A stretch of DNA of 64,000 bases from a virus (Duplodnaviria; Caudoviricetes): positions 32 to 64,031 of IMG/VR virus record IMGVR_UViG_3300037471_000673; one strand, 5' to 3'. How positions within the stretch are numbered: position 1 is the stretch's first letter; each line of letters opens with the position of its first letter. This document shows positions 15,978-26,300 of the stretch, in pieces. Position numbers and translations under genes: made by a program. Below the pieces are notes generated by a model. That model worked only from the letters and a program-made list of their open reading frames with translations, searched no databases and had not been told where the DNA came from.

Positions 15978-16775
15978 TTACTGTGTACCCACGCAGATGA
16001 ATTGATACTTGTCACTGGTTGAAGGGGCGGTGCCGTTCGTCGTCACCGTCATGGTTGTCGTGGTGGTGACGACTGCGATCGGCATCTTGCCGACGACCAT
16101 GGTGGAAAGCGCCGACTGCACCACGCATGCCGGCGCGCTGGCCCAAGTTCCGTTGAACGTAACGACCCAGCCGCTTGCCGGCGCCCCCGTGCCCCCCATG
16201 GTGACGATGCCGGCGGTATCTGTGCCGGCAACACTTGAGGAGGTACCGCAACTTGCAGTACACGTCGGGGCCGTCGTCTGTGTCGCCGCCAGCTGGGTGG
16301 CACCAGTTCCGGTACCCTGCACAAGAACCTTTGCGGTCGTGCCGCGCCACTTCGGGCTGCTTGCATCGGTCGTGAACAAAGGCGAGGTGTCGAAAACAAA
16401 CTTGCCGGTACCTGTAGCGCCCGTACTCGTCACACCCTCAACCGTCTGATGCCCTGTGAAGGAGTTGGCAGCATCCGTGCGCGCGATAGTCGCCGAGGTC
16501 GACGGGAAAGTCATCGTCGTGCCGTCAGTGCCTGCGAGCGTCAGCGAGTTGTTCACGGTCAGAGCCTTGCCGGCCACACCTGAATATCCCGCTGACGATG
16601 CGAGCCGTGTCCACGTGTTTGTCGCCGAACAGAAATACTCCCCGGGTCGAGAGCTTCCCTGCAGGTAGGTCGTATCGCCTGTCGTGCAAGTGGTAGGCAA
16701 CACAACGCTGACCGAGTCCGCGCCTGCGGCGCACACCGATGCAAAGAGAAGAAGGAGTGCGAGAGTTCGTTTCAT
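15978..16775 (-). CDS. Fibre-like protein with N-terminal signal peptide
   Basis: MKRTLALLLLFASVCAAGA; T/G/S-rich body; C-terminal VTFNGTWASAPACVV fibre-tip-like domain. Confidence 0.7.
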   Translation of the reverse strand: MKRTLALLLLFASVCAAGADSVSVVLPTTCTTGDTTYLQGSSRPGEYFCSATNTWTRLASSAGYSGVAGKALTVNNSLTLAGTDGTTMTFPSTSATIARTDAANSFTGHQTVEGVTSTGATGTGKFVFDTSPLFTTDASSPKWRGTTAKVLVQGTGTGATQLAATQTTAPTCTASCGTSSSVAGTDTAGIVTMGGTGAPASGWVVTFNGTWASAPACVVQSALSTMVVGKMPIAVVTTTTTMTVTTNGTAPSTSDKYQFICVGTQ

Positions 16776-16780
16776 GGTGT

Positions 16781-18802
16781 TCAGCTCGTCGGCGCGTTGA
16801 GTGTGCGATAGACCGTCGTCAAGCGCAGCGCACCTGCGCCGGGGTTGACGTTGGTCGTGACGGTCAGCGTCGTGGCGCTCGCCACATATTGATCCGCGTG
16901 GGCGCACGGAACCAGCACGTAAGTGGTCCCTGCCGTCAGCGTGGCATTACTCGTCACGGCCGTGCCGATCTGGCAGAACGCGTTGCCACCGGTAACCTTC
17001 ACCGTGAAGTTCGCAGCAGTCGTGATTGTCGTCGTGACACGAACCAGAATCGAATCGATAATTCCAGACGCTGCGGCAAGGTTACCGGCCGTGTTAGTCG
17101 TCGTCGCACCAGTTGCAAGGGTGAGTAACTCGGACGCGGAGTTCCGCGAAACGTAGGAGCCGTTCGCGTCAGCGATGACTTTGTACGCCCCTTTAGTCGT
17201 CCCTGCAGTAGCCCCAGAAAATCGAAACACTCCTGCTGCATCGCGGTCAAGTATGGTATCCAACGTCCCGTTGTAGGCGCCGCTAGTGAATCCAAGTGGG
17301 CTGGTGCTTGAGAACTGAATGTTGCCGGCAATGCGCAAATCGCTTTGCCCGTCGATACGGCCGGAGAAGGTGTTGTTCCCGGCAATACTGTTCGCTTGCC
17401 CACTCGCGCCGAGGGTCAGCCCGCCGAGAAAGTTGGCTGCGATAACCGACGTTCCGTTTTTCTGAATGTCGATGATGTTGCCGCCCGCTTGCGCGGTAGG
17501 AACGACATTCACCAACAGCCCACTGAACGTCACGGCGCCGTTATTCCACGTTTGCGTAATCGTGAAAGGATCGCTCGCAGTGATAGTGCCCGCACCGAAG
17601 GTCGGGATGCCGTTGGCGCTGACGGACGAGTGAAGCACCGCACCGAACGCCCCCGCGTTGCGGTACTGCAGCTCCGAACCCGTTCCCGCAGGAGTCGCAC
17701 TAATTGCGATGTCGCCCGAACCGATGATGCTCGTGCTGTTGATCGTCTTGAGGTCCGTGCCGCTGACGATGGCAGAAAATCCACCGGAGCCGTTGCCCTT
17801 CAGGATGCTCGTGCCACTCGTAGCTGGTGCGTAGTCCGTTCCACTCGTCGCCGCGCTCACGAGTCCCGCACCGTTGGCCTTCAGAATGCCGCTTGTCGTT
17901 CCTGCTCCGCCGCGAGCCGCCGCGAGCGTGCCCGACGAAATATTGCTCGCATTGGTCGTGTCGGTTGTGGCCGATGCCGCAAACGCTGATCCGTTTGTCT
18001 TGGTACAGGTGATGCCACCCGTGCTCGCGACTGCGCAGTCCCCACTCGCGCTAACCGGTGCGTACGCAGTACCACCTGCATTGCCTACAAGCAGCTGCCC
18101 CGCACTCGGGGCCGTGTTGGGGACAATCGCAGCTTTTGTTTGTGTATCGTTCGTGACGCTGCCTAAACCAACATCGGAGGCCGTCACCGTCACGTTCGCG
18201 CTCAGCGCATGGCCGTTAACGGTGGTCGAAGGTGCGACGTAATCGACAGCTGCCGTCGCGCTACTAAAACCACCTGTACCACTACCTTTGAGAATCGACG
18301 TGCCACTCGTGGCGGGCGCGTAATCGGTCCCGGACGTGGCATTCGCGAAACCCCCCGTGCCGCTGCCCTTGAGAATCGAGGCACCACTCGTGGCGGGCGC
18401 GTAATCGACCCCACTCGTGGCCGCGGTGATCGGGTTCACTCCGTTGCCCAGAAGTAGCCCGGTAATCGTGGAGAGCGTCGCCGTCGTCGCCGTGATGCTG
18501 CCGGTACTTACGCTCGTCGGCGTGATCGCACCAAGCCCGACAGAAAAAGCAGGGGTCGTCGTCGGGGTGCCAACAGTGCAAGTAACACCATTCGCCGGAG
18601 TACACGACGCGCTTGTGACGGTGCCACCACCCGTGAACGTCTTGATCTGGCCCGCCGTGATCTTGACACTCGCACCGGACTGCACACCGTAGACCAGCTC
18701 TGGCCCACTCAGCGCTGAAGCCGCCGGCAAGTTCGACAACGTGGAACTCTGGCCAAACGCCAGCCCCCACACGAGGGCCAATAGGCCAACAACGCGCTTC
18801 AT
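16781..18802 (-). CDS. Tail fibre-like protein with signal peptide and internal repeats
   Basis: MKRVVGLLALVWGLAFG, then LSNLPAASALSGPELVYGVQSG (fibre N-terminal motif); repeats of ATSGxDYAPATSGxSILKGxGxGGF. Confidence 0.8.
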   Translation of the reverse strand: MKRVVGLLALVWGLAFGQSSTLSNLPAASALSGPELVYGVQSGASVKITAGQIKTFTGGGTVTSASCTPANGVTCTVGTPTTTPAFSVGLGAITPTSVSTGSITATTATLSTITGLLLGNGVNPITAATSGVDYAPATSGASILKGSGTGGFANATSGTDYAPATSGTSILKGSGTGGFSSATAAVDYVAPSTTVNGHALSANVTVTASDVGLGSVTNDTQTKAAIVPNTAPSAGQLLVGNAGGTAYAPVSASGDCAVASTGGITCTKTNGSAFAASATTDTTNASNISSGTLAAARGGAGTTSGILKANGAGLVSAATSGTDYAPATSGTSILKGNGSGGFSAIVSGTDLKTINSTSIIGSGDIAISATPAGTGSELQYRNAGAFGAVLHSSVSANGIPTFGAGTITASDPFTITQTWNNGAVTFSGLLVNVVPTAQAGGNIIDIQKNGTSVIAANFLGGLTLGASGQANSIAGNNTFSGRIDGQSDLRIAGNIQFSSTSPLGFTSGAYNGTLDTILDRDAAGVFRFSGATAGTTKGAYKVIADANGSYVSRNSASELLTLATGATTTNTAGNLAAASGIIDSILVRVTTTITTAANFTVKVTGGNAFCQIGTAVTSNATLTAGTTYVLVPCAHADQYVASATTLTVTTNVNPGAGALRLTTVYRTLNAPTS

Positions 18803-19011
18803 GGTGAGTTCTCCAATTTCAAATCCCCGGAGTTGTCTTCAAGGATGACCCTGCTCGAACCATCCTCTTGAAGCAAATAAAAACTCGGGTCGACAAACGA
18901 CGAAGACGCGTCCGTCATGCGCAGAACCGAAAACTTCAGGGCCGGGCCAATCGCCACGACGGAGCGCGCGTTTGGCTGCGTGACCCTGACTTTGATCACG
19001 GCGCCACCCAC
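18799..19011 (-). CDS. Small virion-associated protein
   Basis: YLLQEDGSSRVILED motif typical of fibre-associated proteins; start uncertain. Confidence 0.55.
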   Translation of the reverse strand: MGGAVIKVRVTQPNARSVVAIGPALKFSVLRMTDASSSFVDPSFYLLQEDGSSRVILEDNSGDLKLENSP

Positions 19012-19595
19012 GCGTAGCCGTAGATGATCGGATCGATGCGCCCACTCGCATACTTGATCTCGGCGTCGAACGCGTAGCTGTCCCGAGTGAGCGCCGCAAT
19101 CTGGACATCCGTGATCGTGATCGTCACAGTCTTGGCGGTGTTGTCTAGCACGACGCCGCCCGCGGGGCTGGTGAGCGCCAGCAATACGTTGCCACCGGGC
19201 TCGTCGCGCAGGTTCATCGTCACCAGCGCACCTGTCAGGTCCACAGGGGTGTAATACTGCAGCGCACCGCCTGAGACATACGCGCCAAACCCCAGCGAGC
19301 TGATGTCGTTGAACTCAATGTGATCGACGTCGATCACCGTCACCGGTCGATAGTCACTTGCCCGCGGCGGCGAATGTGCCGCGTTGATCTCGGTCATGCC
19401 GACCACATCGGCAACTGCCGCAGCAAGTCCGGTAACCAGCCCGTGCCCCACCGCCGTGATACGCACGGGAGCCGCGTTGGTGATCCCTGTGATCGGCCTG
19501 TAGACAATCGGCGCATCGGCCAAATACAGCGTGCGCACGAAGGTCGTGCCGCGCACCAGCGTGAAGTCGCAGTTAAGGCCGCGGGGGTCCATCAT
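18996..19595 (-). CDS. Virion structural protein (FCCH-like ITGITNAAP..IT...HGL domain)
   Basis: ITGITNAAPVRITAVGHGL...ADVVGMTEIN motif found in phage tail proteins. Confidence 0.7.
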   Translation of the reverse strand: MMDPRGLNCDFTLVRGTTFVRTLYLADAPIVYRPITGITNAAPVRITAVGHGLVTGLAAAVADVVGMTEINAAHSPPRASDYRPVTVIDVDHIEFNDISSLGFGAYVSGGALQYYTPVDLTGALVTMNLRDEPGGNVLLALTSPAGGVVLDNTAKTVTITITDVQIAALTRDSYAFDAEIKYASGRIDPIIYGYAWVAP

Positions 19596-20047
19596 GCGAT
19601 CCGGATCAGGCCCGTGACGTTGTCGTCCGTGGGCATCGTCAGGCTGAAGTTGGCCGCCGACACGGTGGTGGCGCCGAACGTGAACACCGCCACTGCCCTG
19701 TTGCTCTGCGTGGAGTTGTAGAACAACACACAGTCGAACGAGGTCGACAGCGTCACCGTACTCCACGCGATAGACGCCGAAGGCGTCCAGTGCGTCACGT
19801 CCGATGTATTGGATGGTGCTATCGCGTTGGTAATCGCTACACCGCCCGCGGTGTAGTTGGTACCAGTCACTTCATTGGTCGCGCTGTACGCGGTCGTCGT
19901 CTTGTCGATGGTGGCGGTCGCAACATACAGCGCTGCCTTGAACGTGTCGGGCGTCGTAACTGCACGAGTGACCGAAGTGCCGAACGCGTGGATCGCGTTC
20001 ATCAGCTCTGTCTTGAAGCTGTTGCAAACGGCTTGGGTGTTGGCCAT
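19592..20047 (-). CDS. Virion structural protein
   Basis: FKAALY...NEVTGTNYTAGG motif common in tail-region proteins; AAAGGA RBS. Confidence 0.75.
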   Translation of the reverse strand: MANTQAVCNSFKTELMNAIHAFGTSVTRAVTTPDTFKAALYVATATIDKTTTAYSATNEVTGTNYTAGGVAITNAIAPSNTSDVTHWTPSASIAWSTVTLSTSFDCVLFYNSTQSNRAVAVFTFGATTVSAANFSLTMPTDDNVTGLIRIA

Positions 20048-20057
20048 GAGGTTCCTT

Positions 20058-20288
20058 TCAGACCGGCGCCGCCGGCAGCTCCGCGACCGCGCTCAGATCA
20101 ACGCCCTTGCGCTTGTAGATGTGCGTGGCGTCCCTCACGATTTCGCCGTCCGCAGTCTTGTGGACCTCGCGGAACTTCACGTAATCGTCCGTCAGCTCCC
20201 ACTGCACAAACTGCTGCAGCGACGCGATCGGCAAATTGCCCTTTGTCGTCCAGATCAGCGGAACTTCGGTGGTGGGGTCTGCGGACAC
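20058..20288 (-). CDS. Hypothetical protein
   Basis: AAGGA upstream; fits the operon spacing. Confidence 0.6.
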   Translation of the reverse strand: MSADPTTEVPLIWTTKGNLPIASLQQFVQWELTDDYVKFREVHKTADGEIVRDATHIYKRKGVDLSAVAELPAAPV

Positions 20289-20330
20289 GGGACGATCCTT
20301 AGTTAAATTTGCGAGGCAGTGTAGCTCATC

Positions 20331-23300
20331 CTATTGCGTCGGCATAGCGGCAAATCGCTCGCTGGCGGTGAGCGCCGGGTACTGGCGCTTGGATGCCGAG
20401 ACACCCGTGCCGGAAGCCAGCCCGAGCATGTACGCCATCGTGCGCCCACGAATCGCGCTACCAATCTCTTGCCCTGTGATCGGCTGCGTCGGGTTCTTGG
20501 CGTTGAACGCCTGCATGTCTTGACTTGCCTGCGCAATCTTCGACGGATCACTCACGCCCTTGTAGAAGTTGTCGACGATCACATCGCGACGATGCTTCAG
20601 CAGCTGCTGGTTTGTATAGAAGTCGCGTGCCGCTTCGCCTTGCTCCGCCTTATCGGCCGTCTGAAACCCCAGTGCGCGCCACGCCACATCGCCCGCACCG
20701 GGCTTGAGCGGAATCGGGTTGCCCTTGGAGTCCGTGTAGTGACCAAGGCGTGCGAGTTCTTCGGCCTTGAAGTAGGTGCGCAGGCCCACCGGCAGCGCCG
20801 CCTCGATGCCCTTGAGCCAGTAGCCATCGGACATCTTGCTGAACGCATCACCCAGATCGAGCCCGAGGCTCACGGCCGGCCCGAGCATCGAGCGCGCCTG
20901 CGCTTCGCTGCGGTCTTTCCACAGCATGCGGCTGGCAAGGAAATCGGAGCCCGGCAGGATGCCTTGCAGACCGAACGTGCTGCTGTCTACACCAGCGAGG
21001 TTGGGCAGCCCGTGCATCAGCAGCCCCGCCACGTCGTGTCCAAACACCGTGTCGGCCCAGTTGCGGATCGAGATGCGCACGTCTTCTGGCTTGTCCTCGT
21101 CGCGCATGAAGTTGTTGTAGATGCCAGCGAAGGCATTCGCGAACGGCAGCCCGAGCGCGCCGCTGACCATGGCGGTGGTAGCCATCAAGCCCGCGAACTC
21201 GCGCCGCGCCTCGGTGGCGCGCTGCAGGCCCTCGGGGCTCTTGTCCTGCCCGAAAAAGCCGTCGTGTGTCGTGCGCGCGATCTGCTGCATGGTCTGCAGC
21301 GCATATTTCATGAACTGCGTGAACAGCGGTGTCAGCGGTCCGGCCACGCCATGACGCCCAGTGGCGCGATCGGTGTTTGCAGGATCGAAGTTATCCATCG
21401 CGAGGTTGATCGCACGGATCGCGTAATCGGTGCTGGTCTCCTTACCAAGCAGCCCCGGGCGTTGCTCGGCGAGCCGGAATGCGGACAGGCCCATCACAAG
21501 CCGGTTGGACATCTCCGACAGCTGCGCCGTTACCGAGGCCATGCGCAGCAGGTCTTTGTACTTGCGCGTGCCGGCGGCTTCCGCGGCTTTCATCAGCTGC
21601 TGGCTCTCACCCAGATCGAGCACACCGCGCAGGTGCAACTCTTCGAGGAACGCCTGCTCGTTGGCCGGTAGGTCCAAGTCTTTCAGCTCGATGGGCGCTC
21701 CGATCAGACCGCGCGCGCCATCCTTGGCCACCGCCGCCCTGATGGAGTTGGCCACGATCTTCATTGCCACCGGCGTCGCTCCGGCCAGTTCGCGCACCGC
21801 CTGCGCATAGCCGAACTTACTGCCAGTGATCGGGATACCTCGGTGCCACGGCTGCGCCATCGTACGCAGGAAGAACGCGGGTGACAGGCCGAGGTAGAAG
21901 CTGTGCGAAAGCGACGTCGCCGCACTCACGATGGAATTGCCCGTGGGCTTCATCATGTCGGCAAAGCGCTTGCCAATTTCGCTGTCCACCTGCTGCGCAC
22001 GAACGCGGCCTTCGAGGCTGCCAGTCTTATTGAGCTGCTCGATTGCTTCGCTGCGCTGGCGGGCCGCGTCCATGTACGCGCGGTTGGTGTAAAGCCCTGC
22101 GGTCTCGTGTACCGCGGCGCCCGCGCGCCGCGCGAAGCTGTTGGCGAAATTGGCGTCGTAGCCCGGCACACCGCGGCGCTGCATGTTCGCGGATCGCGCG
22201 GCCGTCTCGGGCAGCATCGACATCACCTGCCGCGCGATCGACGCCTTCATCAGCGCCGCCTGATCGGCGCGCAGGCCGGGCGTATTGGCCACCGTGTCGT
22301 CGAGGCTGGAAAGCAGCGAGCGCAGCGCAGGGGCCACGCCGCTCGCCTCGTTGGGGTGCTCGGCCAGCAGGCCATACGACGAGCCGGACTCGATCTTGTC
22401 CTGCCCTGCAAGCAACAGCCTGTCGTGCAGCGCGCGAGCCTCGTCGATCGAATCGACCCGGAAGAACGCGTGGGAGTCACCTCGCGTCAGATCGCCCACC
22501 ACCTTGTTGGTGCCTTCAAGCGCCTTCTGGATGCGCGCGTTCGCTGCGGCATCGACCCCCTTGAAGTTCAACTTGACGAAATAGTCGCCGTCGCGTCCGA
22601 GGCTGAAGTACGGGTTTTTCACCTGCGCGAAATACAGATCGGCAAGCGCCTTCATGTGTTCGCGAAGGGGTGTGCCTACCGGCAGCTGCGCGGCAGCTTG
22701 AAACGCATTGGCCAGCCGCTGCCCCAGCACTGCAGACGCGCCGTCCGCAAAGCGCACCGGGTCCGGGTTCTTCGCCGTGCGCAGCGAGCGGTCCATGAAG
22801 TCCAGCAGGGGCGAGTGCTGCGCTGCGAACGTGCTCTCCAGTGTGGTGGCCTTCACCTGCGCCTGCAGCTGCGCGAGCCGCGCATCGGCCGGGTCCATGC
22901 GCTGCAGTTCCGCTGCAAGACGCCGTGCCACGCCAGCTCGCGCATCCATGATGTTGGCCGCGAGCGTGGAGACCTTGTTGATCAGGGCCGCACGGTTCAA
23001 CCGTTCGCCGTCTTCCAGCGCCTTGGCCAGCTCCGGATGCTGGCGCTGCAGCTGCGTGAAGCGGCGGTGAATCTCGTCCATGTACGGCTTGTCGGCCGCA
23101 TTGAGCGTCGGGTCCGCGGCGATGTTGTCGCGACCGTTCTTGCGGTAGTCGAAGCCCACGCGGCTTGCCTCGCCGCCGATGATGGCCATCTCGCGCTGCA
23201 GCTGCTGCGCCTTGGCAGCATCGCCCGTTTCGCGCAGCGAGCGCTCCAAGGCGCCGATGTATCGGGAGCCGGCGAGATTGAGATGCTCGGATGCCACCCG

Positions 23301-26300
23301 GTGCGACGTGTTGGCCGCCTGAAAGGCATCCACACCGCGCGAGAAGCCGCTGGCCACCATCTCGGGGATACCGCGAATCTGGTGCGCGATGAAGTCCACC
23401 GTCTTCAGCGGCAGCACCGCAGCGAACGCTTTCTCGGAGAGCTTCGCGAACGGCGTGCGCTCGTTGTCGGCGGCCATGATCACGCGATTCAGTGCGCCCG
23501 TGAACGCATCCGCCGCGTGTGCCGGCGTGCTGGAGAAATCGGCCGCAATACGGTTCTCGGAGAAGAACGGCTCCGATGCGTCGAGCGCGCGCTCCAGCAG
23601 GGGACTCTCGCGCTCACTCATCCCCAACAAGCGACGGATTGCGTTGACGACACGGCCCCAGAGCGTGGGGGCCTGCTTGAGAAATTCGCGGAACTGTGCG
23701 TTCGCGTGCAGTTCGGCGACGAACTCGCGCACATCGGTCATGCCGTATTGGCCGTCAGCCCCCGGAAGACGCGCCGCCTCGTGCATCGCCTGAGTGAGAT
23801 CGAGCGCCGCAGCCTTCAGCTGCGCGTCGCGCTGATCGATGACTTTTGCACCTCTCAGTAGCTGCGCCGCTCGATCGAGCTGCGAGACCGTCGCTGCGTG
23901 CGTCGCCTCGTGCAAGAGCGTCGATTCGGACGCGGCATTGATCCGGATCATGTTGTCGCGATGGTTGTACGTCGCGACCTGAAGCAGCGGAGCGCCGTCA
24001 TTCGAGGTGCCTACCGTTAGGACTTCCCGACCGGCGACGATGCCGGTTTCAGGCAGCAACTTCTCCAGCTTCGCTGCCAGCTCGCGCACCCACGGGTGCG
24101 AGCCATTTTCCGACAGGTGCGCGAGCACGTCGGCAACCTTGTGCGAATACGCAGCCGGCACCAGCAGCGCCGGATTCACCTGATCGGGGTGCTCCATCGT
24201 CGGGCCGCCGAGGCGCGAGAGGATTTCATCAGTGCCCGTCGTGCCGCGTTTTGTTCGCGTGTACGGCTTGCTGGCTTCGTACACGAAGTGCGAGATGAAG
24301 TTGACGTACGCCGCATCGGAAGGCGACGCCTTGCCTTCCGTGTACGCGCCGATGGAGTGCGCCGCGCCGGTCAGGTCGTTGAAGCGCTCCTGCTCCAGCG
24401 GCGAGAGCTTCTCACCAGCGCGCATGCGCGCCGTGAACTCGGCGCGCAGCGCTGCAATCCTGTCAGCGGTTTCATCCGCCAGCTCAGACAGGCTGCGCAC
24501 ACCGGAGTCGCCTTGGAACTCCTCGTTGCTCGGGGGTGGCGCCGCTTCTTTCTCGGCCTGTGCACGAGCGCGCGCGTCGCGCCGCTCGGACAACGTCATC
24601 TTGGCTTTCGAGACCTTCGGCGGCTTGGGCGGAATGTTATCGGGCATGCCCGACACGCCCGGCGGCCGCGGCGCGATGTTCTCGCCAAGAGCAGCCGCTT
24701 GCGCAGGCGGCTCGCCCAACGCGTCGGCAGCATCCAGCTCCTTGGCCTTGGGTTCCACTGCGGCGAGGTGATCGAGCTTGGTCTGCAGCTGCTCGGCCTT
24801 CGCCTCGTCAGGATGTGCCACCAGATCGGCGGCTTCGGCCTGTGCGCGATCGCGCAGCTGTCCCAGCACTTCCACACGCGTGGCCCCGGGCTGCTTGAGC
24901 CCTTCGAGTACCGCCTGCCGGCCTGTCTGGGTGCCGGGCTCCGCGGCCACCTGCGTGTCGGTCTTGGCCGCGGCCGCTTCCGTTTTTTCGACTGGAACCG
25001 GCTCGGGCTCCTTGGCGGGCATCTCGGCTTGCAACTTGTCCGCGAGCATCGACATGCGGTCGCGCATGCCTTGGCTGACTTTTTTGTCATCGGCCACAGA
25101 ACGGATCGCGTCGATCTGCTCCTGATGCGTAGCCATCTTGTCGATGCCCAGCGCGTCGAGGCGCTTCTCGAAAGGCACCCGGGCCTGCGCCTTGGTGTCC
25201 ATGTCGTTAGCGGCCATCGCCTCGTGCCAGTCGGCAACGAGCGCGTCTTTCGTCTTCGGGGCATTCACATCCGGCTTCAGTTCACCGCGCTCGGCCGCCT
25301 GAGCCAGTGCCTCGCCGTGCGCAATGTTCTGAATCGCGTCAAGCTGCGCCTTCTTGGTGGCCTCTTGCTGCGCGAACGCGGCGTCGACGTCGCGCTTTTT
25401 CAGCGCCTCGGTCATCGCTGCCGCCATGGCCGGAACGCCCGGTGTGGACTCTGCCTGCGTATCTACGGGCGGCGGGTTGCGCGGCGTCGTCGCGGCAGCC
25501 TCTTCGCTCGCGCGCTGTTGCGCGAGCGACTCTTGCAGCTTGTCGTACGCGTCCGCGTCCTGCCGCATCAGGTCACGCTGCGTGTCCGGACTGGCGAGAT
25601 AGTCCCGATACGCCTTGGCGCGTTCCTGCCCCTTCAGGTCTTTGGCCGCGTCGCTGGCATAGAAGTCCTTGCGAGACATCGGCGCAGCCGGCGCCACGCC
25701 ACCATCGGCCAGCGCCTGCTTCACCTGCGCGTGTAGATCGAGTGCGTCCTTCGGGATCGAGTTGTCGACTTCCTGCGCACCGTACCCAAGCAGCTTTGCG
25801 CGTGCAGCGACTTGCTGGTCTTCCGGCAAACCTGCAACGTAGTTTTCGACATCGGAGCGAAACCCCGTAGTGCCATCGGGGAACACCACCATCTGGCCAG
25901 CCTGTGGGTCGCGTCCGAGCAGCGGAGGGCCACTCGGTTGGGGTTGCACTGGCGCAGGCGCTTCTGGCTCCGGCATCGGAACCGTGACCGCCCCGGGCTG
26001 TAGCAAGCTGCTGTCCACGTCCATGTGCAGCCTGTGCTGGATTGCGATGTTGGCGTTCAGCCTGAACGCGCCTGCCGCTTGCGGATCGACCTTCTGCAGC
26101 GCCGCGGCGTACTCGCCCGCCAGCTGGGAGCGAATCTCGGGCGGGCTGTCGCCGTTGGCCAGAGTAAACGTGCGGGTCTGCGCGGAACGCACCGCGGCGG
26201 CCCGCGCAACAAGCCCGAGCGGTGTCATGAGCGCCGTCATGCCCAGCGACGCGCCGATCGTGTCTTTCGCCGCCTCTGCCGGCGATGTGTTGTCGATGCC

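Noticed and set aside
15978-18802. Diversity-generating retroelement acting on the fibres
   Set aside because: No reverse transcriptase motif, and no template/variable repeat pair differing only at adenines, was seen.
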